Made by a program: the position numbers and the translations under genes. 64,000 bases of DNA from contig OX597827.1 in NCBI GenBank assembly GCA_951406725.2, forward strand, positions 31,620,001 through 31,684,000, in the 5' to 3' direction. The DNA comes from Octopus vulgaris. Taxonomy: Eukaryota. This document shows positions 24,116 through 38,836 of the stretch, piece after piece; positions within the stretch are counted from its first letter, which is position 1; every line of letters starts with the position of its first letter. The notes below the pieces were generated by a model. That model made no database searches. It was not told the DNA's origin and saw only the letters and a program-made list of their open reading frames with translations.

Positions 24116-25187
24116 TTGAGATGAAATCGTCGCAGATAGAGCTTTTCGGAGTGACCCCACAGCCAATGGTCTGGAGCAGGAGTGAAGAACAGCTCTTTCG
24201 AGAGGTTACACTTTGCGCTTATGATGTTGTGAGCGAGAATGAGATCACCACGGTGGCGGTGTTTCTTAAGAGAATAAAGGTCGAGCGTCTTCAGCCTTTC
24301 TTCATAAGACAAATGCTTGAGACCAAGAACCATGCGGGTAGCCAGCTTCTGGACTCTTTCAAGATGATGTATGTCTTTGAGGAGATAAGGAGAAGAGGCT
24401 TGAATCCCATACTCCAATATGGGTCTCACCAGCGTGACATAGAGCAATAGGAATATGGCTGCTGTGAGCATTCTGAATGACCGTCGAATCAAAAACAGAA
24501 CTCCGCGTGCTTTGTTGGCAGCATGGACGCACTGGGCTGAAAGCGAAAAGAAAGAATCCACCAAAATACCCAGGTCCTTTACCTGGTCGGTCCTCTCCAG
24601 CAGCAGACGACCCGGCTCGAAATCAAGTTGAGTTGCAGGAGAGGAGCCAACAGGCAGATGACAGTACTTTGACACGTTCAGACACAGGTCCCATTCGTTA
24701 GGCCATCTCCAAACTTGGTGGAGGCATCGATGAAGATCATCTATATCACTGCGAGGAGCGACCAGTTTGACATCATCGGCAAATAGAAGGGTGTGTTGCG
24801 TGAGGTCGTCAGGCAAGTCATTTATGAAGACTAAAAACAATAAGGGCCCAAGCACTGAACCTTGAAGCATGCCACTGCTCGAACTGGAGACGTCGGACAG
24901 TGAACCATTAACTTAGACTTGGAAGGAGCGATCTGAGAGGAAGGCACCAACCCATCGTACAAAATATCCGGATGGAAACTATATGCTTGAAGCTTGACAA
25001 GTAATAGGCAGTAGTTAACTGAGTCAAAAGCTTTGGAAAAGTCCTATAAAACAATGTCAACAGCATCACCATCATCCAGGGTATGCATCACCAATTCTTC
25101 CATTACCAGTAAGTTGGTCAAGCATGATCTCTTCGGCACGAAGCCGTGTTGGGAATCAGAGATAGAGGCTGTGTTTTGGAGGCTGTG
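24116..25187 (-). mobile_element. CR1-clade LINE fragment (RT)
   Basis: QGSVLGPLLFLVFINDL, LLFADDVKL, KDLGI, YVTLVRPILEY, LERVQKLATR and YEERLKTL. Confidence 0.92.
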
Positions 25188-27089
25188 TTATTTAATAATA
25201 AATAAGTTACTTATATGCCTGCAATAGACAGACACACAAATAGATAGATAGAGAGATATACATACATACCCATGTATGTATGTATGTTTAGACAGATAGA
25301 TAAATAGATATACATATGTATGTATATATGTATTTATGTATGTATAGATAGATAGACATACATATGTATGTATGTATATATAATTTGGATGTTGAAAATT
25401 TGGCGCCAATATTGTCCTGTCTCCACCCATGCAAGTCTGCAAAAGTAGATGTTAAAATGATGATGATGAATTTGATGAATATTTATGTGTATTTGTGTGT
25501 GTGTGTTCTAGTGATTTCCCTCACCCCCACCCCCAACCACCACCACCACCACTTGCGCTGCCACCATTTATACTTTGGCTTTTCGCTTATCTCCATTTAT
25601 TTGTTAATTGCTTCCATTGTTATAATTAACTCCTGTTGCTTATTGCTTTTGAAACAATGAGCCGATGTTGCAGCTTTTGTTGCTCTTGTTGCTGTTATTA
25701 TTGCTACTGTTTAAGACGGCAAGCTGACAGGACCGTTAGCATTCCAAGCAAAATGCTTAGCAGTGTTTCATCTGCCTTTTATGGTTTGCGCTCTGAGTTC
25801 AAATTCCCCTGGGTCAACTTTGCCTGTAATCCTTTCAGGGTCAGTTACATACTGAGGCCAATTGTAGAAAGGTTCTTAATCATTATCATTAATATTGCTA
25901 TTATTTGTATTGACAAGATCATTATTAGAGTATCAGGCAAAACGCTCAGTGTCTTTTCTTCTGGTGATTTATGTTCAAAGTTCAAATATTGTCAAAGTCT
26001 GTTTTGCCATCCCTTCTTTCATGGTTGATAAAATGAATACAATCTGAGCATAGGTTTGCAGGATTGGATGCAAATTAAGAAGCATCATCATCATCATCAT
26101 CATCATCTTCATCGTCATCATCACCATCCTTGTCGCTGTCCTCATTCTCATCATCATTATCTGCATCATCATCACCAACCTCCACCTCCTCCTTCTGCTT
26201 CACCTCCTCCTCATCATCATTACCATTCTTGTCCTGTCCTCATTCTCATCATCATCATCATCTGCATCATCATCATTACCAACCTCCACCACCACCTCCT
26301 CCTACTCCTCATCGTTATTGCCATAGTTATCGTCACTGTTTTCATTGTCGTTGTCCCCTCCCCTCCCCTCTTTCTCATCATTGCCGTCGTCATCATCATC
26401 ATCATCTCCTTCCCCTCCTCATCATCATCATCATTATCACTATCAGTATTTATCTATTTTTCGGTTGTTATTTCCGTTCTCTTCAGCGTTCCTTCTTGCT
26501 TGTAGTGGGTATGTGTGTGTATGCATGTATGCATACCTGTGCATGTGTTTGCATGTACGTGCATTCATCCAGCTTCCATATGCATGCACATGTGTGTGCA
26601 TGTGTGTGTGTGCAGGTATGTGCATGTACGAATGTGTGTATGATTCACACCATTATTTGTCATGCCATCAAGACTATATCTATTTCTATTATTAATTTCT
26701 CAGTCCTGCCTGTCTGAGACTTATATAAATCCACATTAATTTAATAATGCTCTCGTGAAGGTTTCCAAGCACCAAAAGTGGGCGGCAGTAGCAGCAGCAG
26801 CAGTGGCAGCAGCAGAGGTGGTAGGTGAGGATTGTGGGTGGGGGAAGGGGAAGGTTCCAGCTTCCAACAGTATTTCCTGAGAATAGCAAATAGCAATAAT
26901 AACAGGGAAGATATCAAATAGTCTTTTTTTTTTCGTTTTTTTTCCTTTTTCATTCAGTGTAAGACCAAACCATTTTTTTATTAGTATTTTTCTTTTTCTT
27001 TTTATCTCTTTTTTTTTTAGGCATTGAAAGAAAGGTTTGATTGATTCAGTCTCAATATATTCCAAGCTAAAAACAGAGAACTTCTATTA

Positions 27090-27338
27090 CAGCAGCTCTC
27101 AACCAGTTTTTACCTGTGAACCCCTTTGATTCACAGAGGGACTCTCATCACCATTTGATATTTTTAAAATCCTCTTATTACAATTTTATAATTAAGTATC
27201 ATTAGGAATTGTATGACCAAAGTTGTTAACATATTCTGTGTACTGTACAAGTATAACAAATTTATTGCACAAAGATTTTAAAGACAGAATCTTATATGAG
27301 CCCTTAAAAGTCACATGGCCCCTGGTTGAGAACCCCTG
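27090..27338. mobile_element. hAT-like MITE
   Basis: TIRs CAGCAGCTCTCAACC / GGTTGAGAACCCCTG. No clear TSD. Confidence 0.55.
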
Positions 27339-28090
27339 CAACAAATAACAGACAAAACTCCATCAAATAATAAATCACTGATGTCTTAAAGACAGAAGTT
27401 TGTATTCAGCAATGTTAAGTTCTAGACAAGGAATCAGTAAACTTCATATATCATTGACTTCTTCTTGGAATCATTGATAATTCATCAACTCCCATCATTT
27501 AAATTTCTAAAATAACATTTAAAAACATATAATTAATAAAAAAGTTTCTTGATTTAAAAACAATAATTCTTTCACTATTTTCTATCATTAATGCTTTTTA
27601 ATAAGAAATATTTAAAGAAATTTAATGAAAACGCTAAACAAAATTGATGAAGAACAATATGAATTCAATCCTGTTTATACTGATAGAGGTGCAGACAATG
27701 GCTGTGTGGTTAAGAAGTTTGCTTTGCAATCATGGGCTTTCAGGTTCAACCACACTATACTGTCCCTGGAGCAAGTGTTTTCTACTCTATAACCCTGGGC
27801 TGACTAATGCCTTGTGAGGGAATTTTGTAGACAGAAACTGTGTAGAAGGCCATTATATCTATCCATCTATCTATCTACCTATCTATCTTATCTATCTCTG
27901 TATGTATGTAAGGCACACTGGGCAGTTTCTCAGGGACCTCAAGAGTCTAGGGGTCCAATTCTGACCTATGTTGGGGCATGCTGCCAATATGAAATACTAT
28001 AGGGTACGCTGCACTGATTGGCCCAGGGGATTATAATGGGAGTAAAATGACTCTCACATATATAGGTTTGTATACATACATGTATGAATG

Positions 28091-28122
<32 letters not shown>

Positions 28123-28964
28123 TGTGTGTATGTATTCATGCATGTATGCTGTTGTGTGTATCTGTTATTTGTGTTTGTCCACACCACCACTCAACAACCA
28201 ATGTTGATTTGTTTACATCCCCATAAACTTAGCAGTTCTGTCAAAAAGACAGGCCCATAGAATAAATACTAGATTTTGAAATAAGAACTGGAGTCAATCT
28301 GTTCCCCTAAACTCTTCAAAGCAAGTCAATGTTGCAGCATGGCCACAGTCAAGCGACTGAAACGAGTGAAAGACCAAAGTGTTACAAGCCAACTTTTTAA
28401 GCCTGCAAAATATCATTGCAAATCTAGGAGGATAAAATGCAAACCTTTAACACCAAGTAATTAAGCAGATCTTAATAATCACTGAACATTATTTGCTGTA
28501 GTGGCCACAAATATTTCCAACCAACACTTGTGTTTGGTGAACATATTTATCTTATTAGCATATTAACACAGAATGTCAAAATAAGTGGTGTGACCTTATA
28601 GTCTTTCATTTAAAATCCCCAAAATCTAGGCTTATTTAGGTCTACATTTTGGCCTACCAGTAGCCTGTTGTATGTTTATCAGTGATGACTTGTTGAATGT
28701 GCCTGACTAAGAATTTGGAGCTAAAAATCTTGAGACATGCCAGGTCGGTTTGTATGCTGCAGTTTATAGTACTCTGAATCATGTGTTGGTTGGTATATGT
28801 GCAGGTTATAAATCAGCTTTGGCTGAAATTAAGAAACATGTACACTGTCACATATATATGCCATCACATATGCATATGTATATATGTATATATATATTGT
28901 TGTATATTTACCATTGTATACATACCACCACATATATATAATTAGATATATGTCATTGTGTGTT

Positions 28965-29030
<66 letters not shown>

Positions 29031-29543
29031 AAGCTTGCTTCTCAACCACATGGTTCTGGGTTCAGTCCCTCTGTGTGGCATCTTGGGCAAGTGTCTTCTA
29101 CTATAGCCTAGGGCCAACCAGAGCCTTGAAAGAAACTGAAAGAAGCCTGTCATATGTGTGTGTGTGTGTGAGTGTATATTTTGTGTGTGTGTGTGTGTGT
29201 GTGTGTTTGTGTGTGTGTATTTTTGTGTGTCCCCATCATTGCTTGACAACTGATGGTGGTGTGTTTATGTCCCACTAACTTAATAGGTTGGCAAAAGAGA
29301 CCGATAGAATAAGTACTAGGCTTACAAAGAATATGTCTTGGGGTCGATCTGTTCTACTAAAGGTGCAGTCAAATGACTGAAATAAGTAATAGAATAAAAG
29401 AATATATATATATATATATATATTTCTGTAGAAGAGTGTAGGCTCAAAACGTAAAAAACTTTTTCTATTCCTGAGCGTTATACTAATACATCTGTTTGTT
29501 TTGTACACCACCAGTTTTCATCTTTTCTTTTTTCGTAAACTCT

Positions 29544-29586
<43 letters not shown>

Positions 29587-29921
29587 TAGATATGTGTGTG
29601 TATGTGTGTGCGTGTATACAAATGTTATATGATTGAGTAGATTGACCATGTTATACATCACTGGTCACAATGCACTTTGTGTCATTTTAGCTTTTGCACA
29701 ATGCCACCCTGCTGGCTGGGTGAGCAGGCCTACATCCCCTACCTCTTCCTAGTCAGAAGGCTATTTTTTCCAAGGGTTACTCATTTACAGCTGAGTAGAC
29801 AGGAGCAATGTGAAATGAAGTGTCTTGCTCAAGAACACAATGTGCAATGGGTCTGGGAATCAAAACCATGATCTCACAATTGAGAGTGCAAAATGCTGAA
29901 CCACTAGGTCATGTGCTTTTG

Positions 29922-30658
29922 TATTGGGTCATCCTATAAATAATGCAGTTTTTTCAAATGTCAGAGAGAGACAGGATAACCTACCTGCATCAACTGGCTA
30001 TAAAAGCAGGTTGTAATTTTACCTTCTACTTATTCTTAGTGCAAGTTTTGAAGAGTGCAGTTCGATTTTAGCAGTTATTTTTTCAAAGCTATAATGGAAG
30101 TGACAAAGGAGCATATTCGGCATATTTTGCTTTATGAGTTCAATAAAGGCAACAATGCAATGGAAAGTGTGAGAAATATGAATGGTGTATATGGGGATCG
30201 AACAATAAGCATAAACCAGTGTCAACGGTGGTTCCAGAAATTCTGAGCCAGAACCTACAGCCTAGAAGACAAGTCTCATCCTGGAAGATCTATAGAGCTC
30301 AACGAGGACATTCTGCAAACCCTGCTGGAACGAAATCCCAACACAACTGTTGAGGAACTAGCAGAGAAGCTTGGATTTGGTCATTCAATTATTCATTGGC
30401 ACTTGTGTGCCATTGGAAAAGTCAGTAAATTGGGTCAATGGGTTCCTCACAAACTTCTCAAGTCTAATCAAACACAGAGTGTGAAAGTGTTCTTTGCAGT
30501 CACATCTCATGAATGAACCTTTTTTGGATGGAATAGTGACTGGTTCTCTATAAAAATGTCAAGTGCCGAAGACAGTGGATAGGGAAAGGAGAAATACTGG
30601 CACCCTAGGCTAAAGAAAGTCTTCACCTACGTAAGGTGTTGTTATATGTTTGGTGGAA
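29922..30658 (+). mobile_element. Mariner relic (5' half)
   Basis: TIR-like start, MEVTKEHIRHILLYEFNKG..CQRWFQKF, WVPHKL and KVLLYVWW, with stops. Confidence 0.88.
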
Positions 30659-32009
30659 ATAAAGCCTTATGGCAGGAATACAAAATTTCACAGCCACTGG
30701 GAGGAATATAGATGTTGCATGGTCAACGGCTGAACCAAGAAAGAAAGATCAGGATTGGCCGAACACTGGTCACATGGGGAGAGAAGAGAGAGAGGTAGAG
30801 GCAGAGGGACAGAAGAAATAAGGAGGGGCAAGAAAAAGTGAAGTGAAAAGAGGAGGGTAAGTGAGCATGAAGAGAAGGCAGGGAAATGTGAGAGGGGGAA
30901 TGAAAGAACAAATAGCGAAATGAACGAATAAGCGTGAAAGGGCTGATAGAAAGAAAGAATAGAGTCATACAAGATTTACATAAATATATACTTACATACA
31001 AGAAACCAAAGTGTACGTACACTGCTATATATATATATATACATACAAAATGGGACAAGAACGCAAAACATCCAAACATTTAGGTGATACAAAAAAAGGG
31101 ACATACATACACATACACACTATCACATATATTGTACATATACCATCCCGTGTATACAATTTCAGGAATAGGCATGGCCATGTTTTTATGATGTTTATGT
31201 TGCAGGTTCAGGAGTCCAGATTTGATCTGGAATGCGCAAAATATTCGGGCAAGTATCTTCCACCTGAACCTTGGGGACACTCAAGCCTTGTGGATGAAAT
31301 TAGGGGAGACAGAAACTGTATAGAAGCCCATCAGACAAACTGTGTCAGTTGTAGTGCAGTAGATTTTAACTCCCTTGTAAACAAAACCACCACTGCTACA
31401 GTCACCACCACCACCACTGCCACAACTACCATCACTATCGTCAGCACTACTGCCATTACTGCCCCCACCATCTAAAAAAAACCATCACCACTGCCAACCT
31501 CAATGCCAACATCACTAGCACAGCCACCACTACCACTACCACCACTACTACTACTACCACTACCACAAACATCATCACCACTGCCACCACCGCCACTGCT
31601 ACTGCTGCCATCTTTATCACAGGCTCCATCACCAACACTACAATCACCACCACCACAACCACCACCACCACCACCACTATCATCACACACCCACCTTGCC
31701 ACCTAGCCTTAAGGTACCTTTAGTAGTCTTCTCAATTGCAAGCAGTCAGATCAGGTGTATTCCATATCCCATGAGTCATAACTTCCTCATCTCTTCCCCG
31801 CCACTCCCAACCTCCCCCACCCAGTCTTGGAGGTTCTGCAGGAAGCTATGGATGCCATGTTTTCTTTCCTCTGACAAAGCAATTAAGATTTTTAAATTGA
31901 AACAAAAGAAAACATGTTTAAATTCTTAAGGATATATTAACAGACAATCCTTGTTAGCTCGTACGAGAGTTAATGTTACTATCTACATGGATTTATCAGC
32001 AGTGTTGGT

Positions 32010-32340
32010 CACTAAGTACCTCAGAAGTCGGAGGAAATTTCTTCTTTACTCTATTTGTCTTCACCCTCCCACCTCCTTATGCTGGCACATGATGCAATAA
32101 TGGCGTCGGTCTATTTGAGAGAAGTAATCCATATTATTGTAATCAGTACCAATGAAAAAAACTGAGTCATTGTATGGAATCGATACATTCTACCTTTGTC
32201 TTGTTTGGAGTGCTTAAGGCTAATTCCAGTCATCTTCCGTATCTTTTTTCCATCTCTACCCACTTCACAGCAGGTTTCTAGGATAAACGGTTCAATGCTA
32301 TGCTCTCCCATGATGCTATTTCAATGGCCGTAAGCGAGTT
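32010..32340 (-). mobile_element. Old RTE-like LINE 3' remnant
   Basis: Minus frame IEIASWESIALNRLS resembles an RTE C-terminus. Highly decayed. Confidence 0.4.
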
Positions 32341-32638
32341 AATATATCTTGTTTGCTTGCGAATGAGTTAACCCGTTTGTTACTGTATTTCTGTTGAAAT
32401 ACACTGCTTTTGTTTCAATTTATAAGAAAGAATTTAGTAGAATAGTATTTTTCCTGCCATATTCCTGTTGGGAAAAAACCACTTTTGTTTCATTTAATTT
32501 TATAAATAATGAAAAAGTTTAGTAAATAACTTCATCGTTATTAACCCTTTTGTTATCATATTTCTGTTAAAATACTCTACCTGTGTTTCAAGTAATTTTT
32601 TAAATAATGAAGAATTTAGTAAAATAACTCCATCGTTG

Positions 32639-33029
32639 TAGTAAAGATTGTTTGCCAACATAACATGGCAGTCCTGGTTTAGGACGAATGTTGCTGTAAT
32701 TTAGCCCCAGGAGACATCGTCTCCAGCTGGCTATACAACACGATCTGTGTCCTTATATTTTCAAACAAGGGAATCTAGCACCCCCACTCAGCCCAAAACA
32801 ATATCTGTGTACCGCGATTTCTGTGCTGATGAAAGGAAATAACCCAGAAATCGCGATACACAGATATTGTTTTGGGCTGAGTGGGGGTGCTAGATTCCCT
32901 TGTTCAAAAATATAAGGACACAGATCGTGTTGCATAGCCAGCGGGAGACGATGTCTCCTGGGGCTAAATTACAGCAACATTCGTCCTAAACCAGGACTGC
33001 CATGTTATGTTGGCAAACAATCTTTACTA
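32639..33029 (+). mobile_element. Penelope-like fold-back (185-bp arms) with hammerhead at the apex
   Basis: Arms 32639-32823 and 32845-33029 are near-identical, and the spacer contains CTGATGA. It is embedded in TTAACCCTTT-type (piggyBac-like) MITE debris at 32348-33331. Confidence 0.75.
32820..32864 (+). ncRNA. Minimal type I hammerhead ribozyme motif
   Basis: TCTGTG-CTGATGA-AAGGAAATAACCCA-GAAA-TCGCGA-TA-CACAGA. Helix I is 6 bp, helix III is the palindrome ATCGCGAT, and helix II is weak. Confidence 0.75.
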
Positions 33030-33896
33030 GAAAGTACTTTTGCTGAATATCTCACGTTGTGAGATTTAAAAATAGTAATTTTCTAACTTCAATGATATCA
33101 ACCCTTTTGATACCAAACTACCTGAGACTGCTCCTGGTTCTATGATAAAAATATTCCATTTTAAAGTGATCTAAATCCAAAAATATCTTCCATCAAAATC
33201 TCATGTTTATTTATGTTCCAAACATCAGCTTAATAATAACAAAGTTATTTTACTAAATTCTTCAAAATTTTCAAAAGTAACTGAAACAAAATCCATTTAT
33301 TCCGACAGAAATATGACAACAAAAGAGTTAAGCTGACATTTGCAAAAGGCATGACTGGGTGGAAAGTAGCTTGCTTACCAACCACATGATTCTGGGTTCA
33401 GTCCCACTGTGTGGCACCTTGGGCAGGTGTCTTCTCCTATAACCTTGGGCTGACCAAAGCCTTGTGAATGGATTTGGTAAACAGAAACTGAAAGAAGACT
33501 GTTATATATGAATGTGTGTGTGTGTGTGTGTGTTTGTCCCCCCACCACCATCGTTTGACAACTGATGTTGGTGAGTTTATGTCCCATAAACTGATAAAAT
33601 AAGTACTAGGCTTACAAAGAATAAGTCCTGGGGTCGACTTGTTCGACTAAAGGTCGTGCTCAAGCTTGGCTGCAGTCAAATGACTAAAGCTAATACAAGA
33701 ATAAAAGAAAGAATGCAGGCATAGATGAGGCTGTGTGGTAAGAAGCTTGCTTCCCAACCACATGGTTCTGGGTTTGGTCCCATTGTTTGGAACCTTGGGC
33801 AAGTATTTCCTACTATAGCCTTGGACATACCACTGCTTTGTGAGTGAATTTGGTAGATGAAAACTGAAAGAAGCCCACCATATGTGTGTACGAGCA

Positions 33897-33961
<65 letters not shown>

Positions 33962-34946
33962 GTGTGTATGTTTCTGTATGTGTGTGTGTGTAATTATCTG
34001 TTTGTCACCCATTACCACTTGACAAGCAGTGTTGGTGTGTTTACAACCAGTAACTTAGCAGTTTGGCAAAACGTGTCTGATAGAATAAGCACCAGGTTTT
34101 AACAAAAAAAGGGACCATATACTGGGGTCAATACATTTGACTAAAAGTTCTTCAAAGTGAAGCCCCAGCATGGCCACAGTCTAACAGCTGAAACGAGTAA
34201 AAGATTAAAGACAAAAGATAAAGGATGCAATTTCCATCAAAGGTTTTTATTCAGATCCCTTTACAACAACAGGAAGTTTGTATCATAAAACCAAGGGCAG
34301 TCTCAGAATGGATGGAAGCAGCATCTGCATCAAAAGCAGCATCTGCATCAAAAGGGTTAATATACAATTACAGAATGCAAACCGTTTAACATACGATACT
34401 TTGTTATGAGAGCTCCCGTTAGCATTCATTATTACTTTGGTTCTGCGTAGATTATTAATATACCACCTACGGCTGTGTGTGTGGGATGATATATTACCCT
34501 TGCACAAGCATTCAAAGGAAGACATCACTGGCTGTCCAATCCAAAACAGATTCTTTGCTGGAATTCCGATAGATTTCCTAAATAGGTGTTTATCTTACCA
34601 TAGTTCCACCATGATTTGGTAACCAAATAGGAATTGACATCTATACTATTAATAGTTCTAGCCTTTCTCTCTTTCTTTCTTTGGCTCCGTTCATATCCAT
34701 CTGTCTGTCTATCTATCAATCTATTTATCAATCTATCTGTCTGTCTGTTTGTCTGATTGCCTAGACATATATATATATATGTACATATATGTATGCATAT
34801 ATATATGTGTGTGTGTGTTGTGTGTGTGTGTGTGTGTATAATGTATACATATACATACACACACACATATAAATATATATATATCATATATACATATGCA
34901 TATATAAATGTGTAAATATACATATGTATATGTGTGTGTGTGTGTG

Positions 34947-34977
<31 letters not shown>

Positions 34978-35718
34978 GCATACATATATACGTACATGTG
35001 TATAGATGTGTGTGTGTGCATGTATGTATGTGTATATATACATATATATATTATATTATATATTACACACACACACAAGCATGCATAAATATATCATTTT
35101 CGTCATCATCATCATCATCATTTTGATGCCAACTTTCCCTGACATACATCTCTCTCACTCTCTCTCTCTTTCTCTTTTTCTGTCTGTGTTACCTATAATC
35201 ATCATTGCTTTTGTTTGTTTGTTTTTTATCGATTTTCTTTCTTTTTTTATTTATGAGAGTCCGATGGGGAGGAGGAGGAGGAGGAGAAAATGCAAATCTA
35301 AGGATGTAATTATTTTATCCCAAAACATTGATGTTTTTTTTTTCAAAAAATTCCCCTTAAAAACATGCACTGAATCACAGAAATGCCAAACAGCACAGAC
35401 CTGGCTGTGTAATTACAAGGTTTGCTTTGCAACAAATGTAGTTCCAGGTTCAGTCCCACTGTGTGTCACTTAGAGCAAGTGTCTGCTACTACACCACGAG
35501 GTTGACCAATCTCATGTGGATCAATTTTGTAGACAGAAACTGTGCTGAAGCCCTTTGTGTATATATGTGTATCTATATCCTGAAGAAATGAATGCATGAA
35601 CATGATCTACCCAAAGTCCATGGGTACTACAGACTGTACTGTTATCATCCCAGGAATACGGACTAGATCATAAGAAACTCGTGAATTGTAGAAACACGCA
35701 TAGCAATGCATTAAAATA

Positions 35719-37100
35719 CCATGTCATCCCATAGGTTCTGTCCGATTTTACCTCTTTTAAAATTGAATGAAATTTAATAGTATTTTAGAATGTCTAATGG
35801 AATTAAAAATTATTTTTATGCATGTACATTTAAACTAATTAAATATTATTTTACAGAATAATAACATTAAAATTTCTTTGATTAAAACCCTTTCCAACAT
35901 GGAAGTATCCAAAGAGCATTTGAGGCGAATAATGCTTTATGAGTACAAAAAAGGAAACTCTGCAGCCGAAGTGACTCAAAACATACACTCAGTTTATGGG
36001 AAAGAATGCTTGAATGAAAGAACTTGCAAAATTCAGAAGTGGAGATTTCAGCCTTGAAGACGAAGATCAAACAGGATGTTCAGTTGAGTTTGATGATAAG
36101 CTCCTTGAGGCATTACTTGAAGAAAATCCTGCATTATCAGTTGAAGAATTGGCAATAAGGCTTAGTTCAAACCATACAACTGTTCATCGTCATCTTCAAC
36201 AACTTGGAATGGTTCCTAAACTTGGAAAATGAGTGCCTCATGAATTGTCCAAAAGCAAGCGCAAATTCCGAGTTGACATCTGCCCTTCTCTCCATTCTAG
36301 CGAACTCATTTTACTCTTTTTGGATAGATTTGTGACTGGTGATGAAAAATGGATCTTCTACTGAAATGTTAAATGTCATAAACTGTGGCTTGGTAAAGGG
36401 AAAAAGCTCAACCACAACAAAGAATGAAACTTCATGGAAAAAAATTTCTTCTCTATTTGGTGAGATTGCAATGGAGTAATTCACTTTGAATTGTTACCAT
36501 CAAATGCAACAATCAATGCTCAAGTCTACTGTCAGCAATTAAAGCATTTGAACTAAGCTTTGAAGTAAAAAAGACCCGCTTTAGTGAACTGAAAAGGAGT
36601 GATGTTTCATCAGGACAATGCGCGACCCCACACTGCAAAGATCACATCACAAAAGATCGCAGAGCTTGGTTGGGAAAAAATTCCTCATCCACCTTATTCT
36701 CCCGACCTTGCTTCTTCAGACTACCATTTGTTTCATAGTTTACAGAATCATTTGGTTCAAATGCTCTAATTGCTGACAGTAAACTTGAGCATTGATTGTT
36801 GCATTAAGTGGTAACAATTCAAAGTGAATTACTCTTTTGCAATCCCACCAAATAGAGAGAAGAACCTTTTCCCCAAGAACCTTTTACAAGCCAGAAGGAG
36901 GTCAAAATTGACATTTCAGAGTTCTTTGCTTTGAAACCAAAAGAGTTTTACTTTGATGGGATTAAAAAGCTTGTAAATAGATGTAGGAAGTCATAGATAA
37001 TCAGGGAAAGTACATTGATGATTAAATTTCAATTAAATATAACATTTGCTCACTTGTTTTCTTTATTCAAAATTCAGACAGAACTTATAAGATGACCTGA
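35719..37100 (+). mobile_element. Near full-length decayed mariner (DD34D)
   Basis: TA-flanked TIRs of about 27 bp. Motifs MEVSKEHLRRIMLYEYKKG, *VPHEL, VTGDEKWIFY, HQDNARPH and HPPYSPDLASSDYHLF, with multiple stops and frameshifts. Confidence 0.93.
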
Positions 37101-37129
37101 TATTTACAAATTCCATCCCTAGATTATCA

Positions 37130-37160
<31 letters not shown>

Positions 37161-37258
37161 ATGTATGTATGTATGTATATGCATACACACATATATACAT
37201 GTATATATGTGTTAATATATATATGTATACACACAGACACATGCACACATGTATATGC

Positions 37259-37294
<36 letters not shown>

Positions 37295-38249
37295 TCAGGT
37301 GTGGTGGGGGCATGTGCTGTTGCAGTGCATTGCTTCATTCACCTTCCAGGTGACCCATTGAGCAGAGTCCCCCATCAATCCTCATCTCCAAGAGATACCT
37401 CCTCATCTTCCATGACCATGAGTTATGTGGTCAACCAATACGAGCTCTCAACCCAGTCAGATTTCTGTGAAGCGAACACAGAAAGCAGGATCTAACTTAG
37501 CAGTGATCCATGAAAATATTAGACATGTTCCAGCCTTCATGGACCTTGTCAATGATGTCTACCTAGTTGTTACATTTATAACAAACTCTCCAGAATATTA
37601 TCTTTAATCTTTTACTTGTTTCAGTCATTAGACAGCGGCCATGCTGAAGCACTACCTTTAAATTTGTTTAGTTGAATGAATGAACCCCTTCACTACTATT
37701 TTTCTTTTTCAAAGCTTGGTACTTATTCTATCGGTCTCTTTTGCCAAGCATAAACATACCAACACCAGTTGTCAAGTGGTGTTGGCAGGGACAAACACAG
37801 ACACAAAGTCACACACGTAGATATATATCTATTCATATATATATATGACAGGCATCTTTCAGTTTCTGTCAATGAGATCCACTCTCAAGGCATTTTCAAC
37901 TCAAGGCTGTAGTAGAAGACACTTAGCTAAGGTGACATGCAGTGGGACTGAACCCAGAACCATGTGGTTGGGAGGCAAGCTTCTTACAATACAGCCATGC
38001 ATGCCTTTTATGTTCATTCTTTTATTCTTTTACTTGTTTCGGTCATTTGACTGTGGCCATGCTGGAGCACCAGCTTTAGTCGAACAAATCGATCTACAGG
38101 ATTTATTCTGTGTAAGACTGGTACTTATTCTATCGGTCTCTTTTGCTGAACCGCTGAGTTACGGGGGTCATAAACACACCAACATCAGTTGTCAAGTGAT
38201 GGGTGGGGGGGAAACACAGATACACCCACACAATATATATATATATATG

Positions 38250-38680
38250 AGACCAAAGAGTATAACCAGCCGAAACTGCAAAGATAATCTGGAACTTTTC
38301 GTTTGTTTTCTTGTTTGTTTTCTTGTTTATTTTTATTTCTCGTATTGTATTTTCTTGTACATGTATTTTTATCTTGTATTTTATTTTGTAGCTTTATTTG
38401 CATCGTTTTTACGTCCTGTTTGTGCTACATTTTTTTCTTGCTTGTTTTTACCCCTCTGCGAGGTAATTTTATTTTAATTCTCTCGCAGGAAGGATTAGTT
38501 TGGCGAGTCGTGTTCTGCCTTGCCTTCGAAACACGCTAGAGTCGAACTAGTGATAGCTGATGAAGGGGATTTTTCCTTGTGTAGTATGTCCTGTACTCTG
38601 TTTTTCTGTTGTAAAAAAATGGTTTTTCCGTTTTCGTTTCTCGTTGAGTTCTATGTCTAGTTGTGGTGTCCTGTACTCAC
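38250..38680 (+). mobile_element. Penelope-like terminal remnant (inverted homolog at about 39360-39760)
   Basis: CCTTCGAAACACGC..GAGTCGAA..GCTGATGAAGGGGA..TGTACTCTG is shared in opposite orientation with 39490-39665. Confidence 0.5.
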
Positions 38681-38769
38681 GTATATATATTTATATATGC
38701 ATGTATATATACATGTAGATGTAGGTACGTACATATATGTTTGTATGTATGCATATATTTTATTTATTA

Positions 38770-38836
<67 letters not shown>

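Noticed and set aside
34283-34630. Possible host exon in unique sequence
   Set aside because: Splice-like signals exist but no recognisable protein in any frame, so it cannot be supported.
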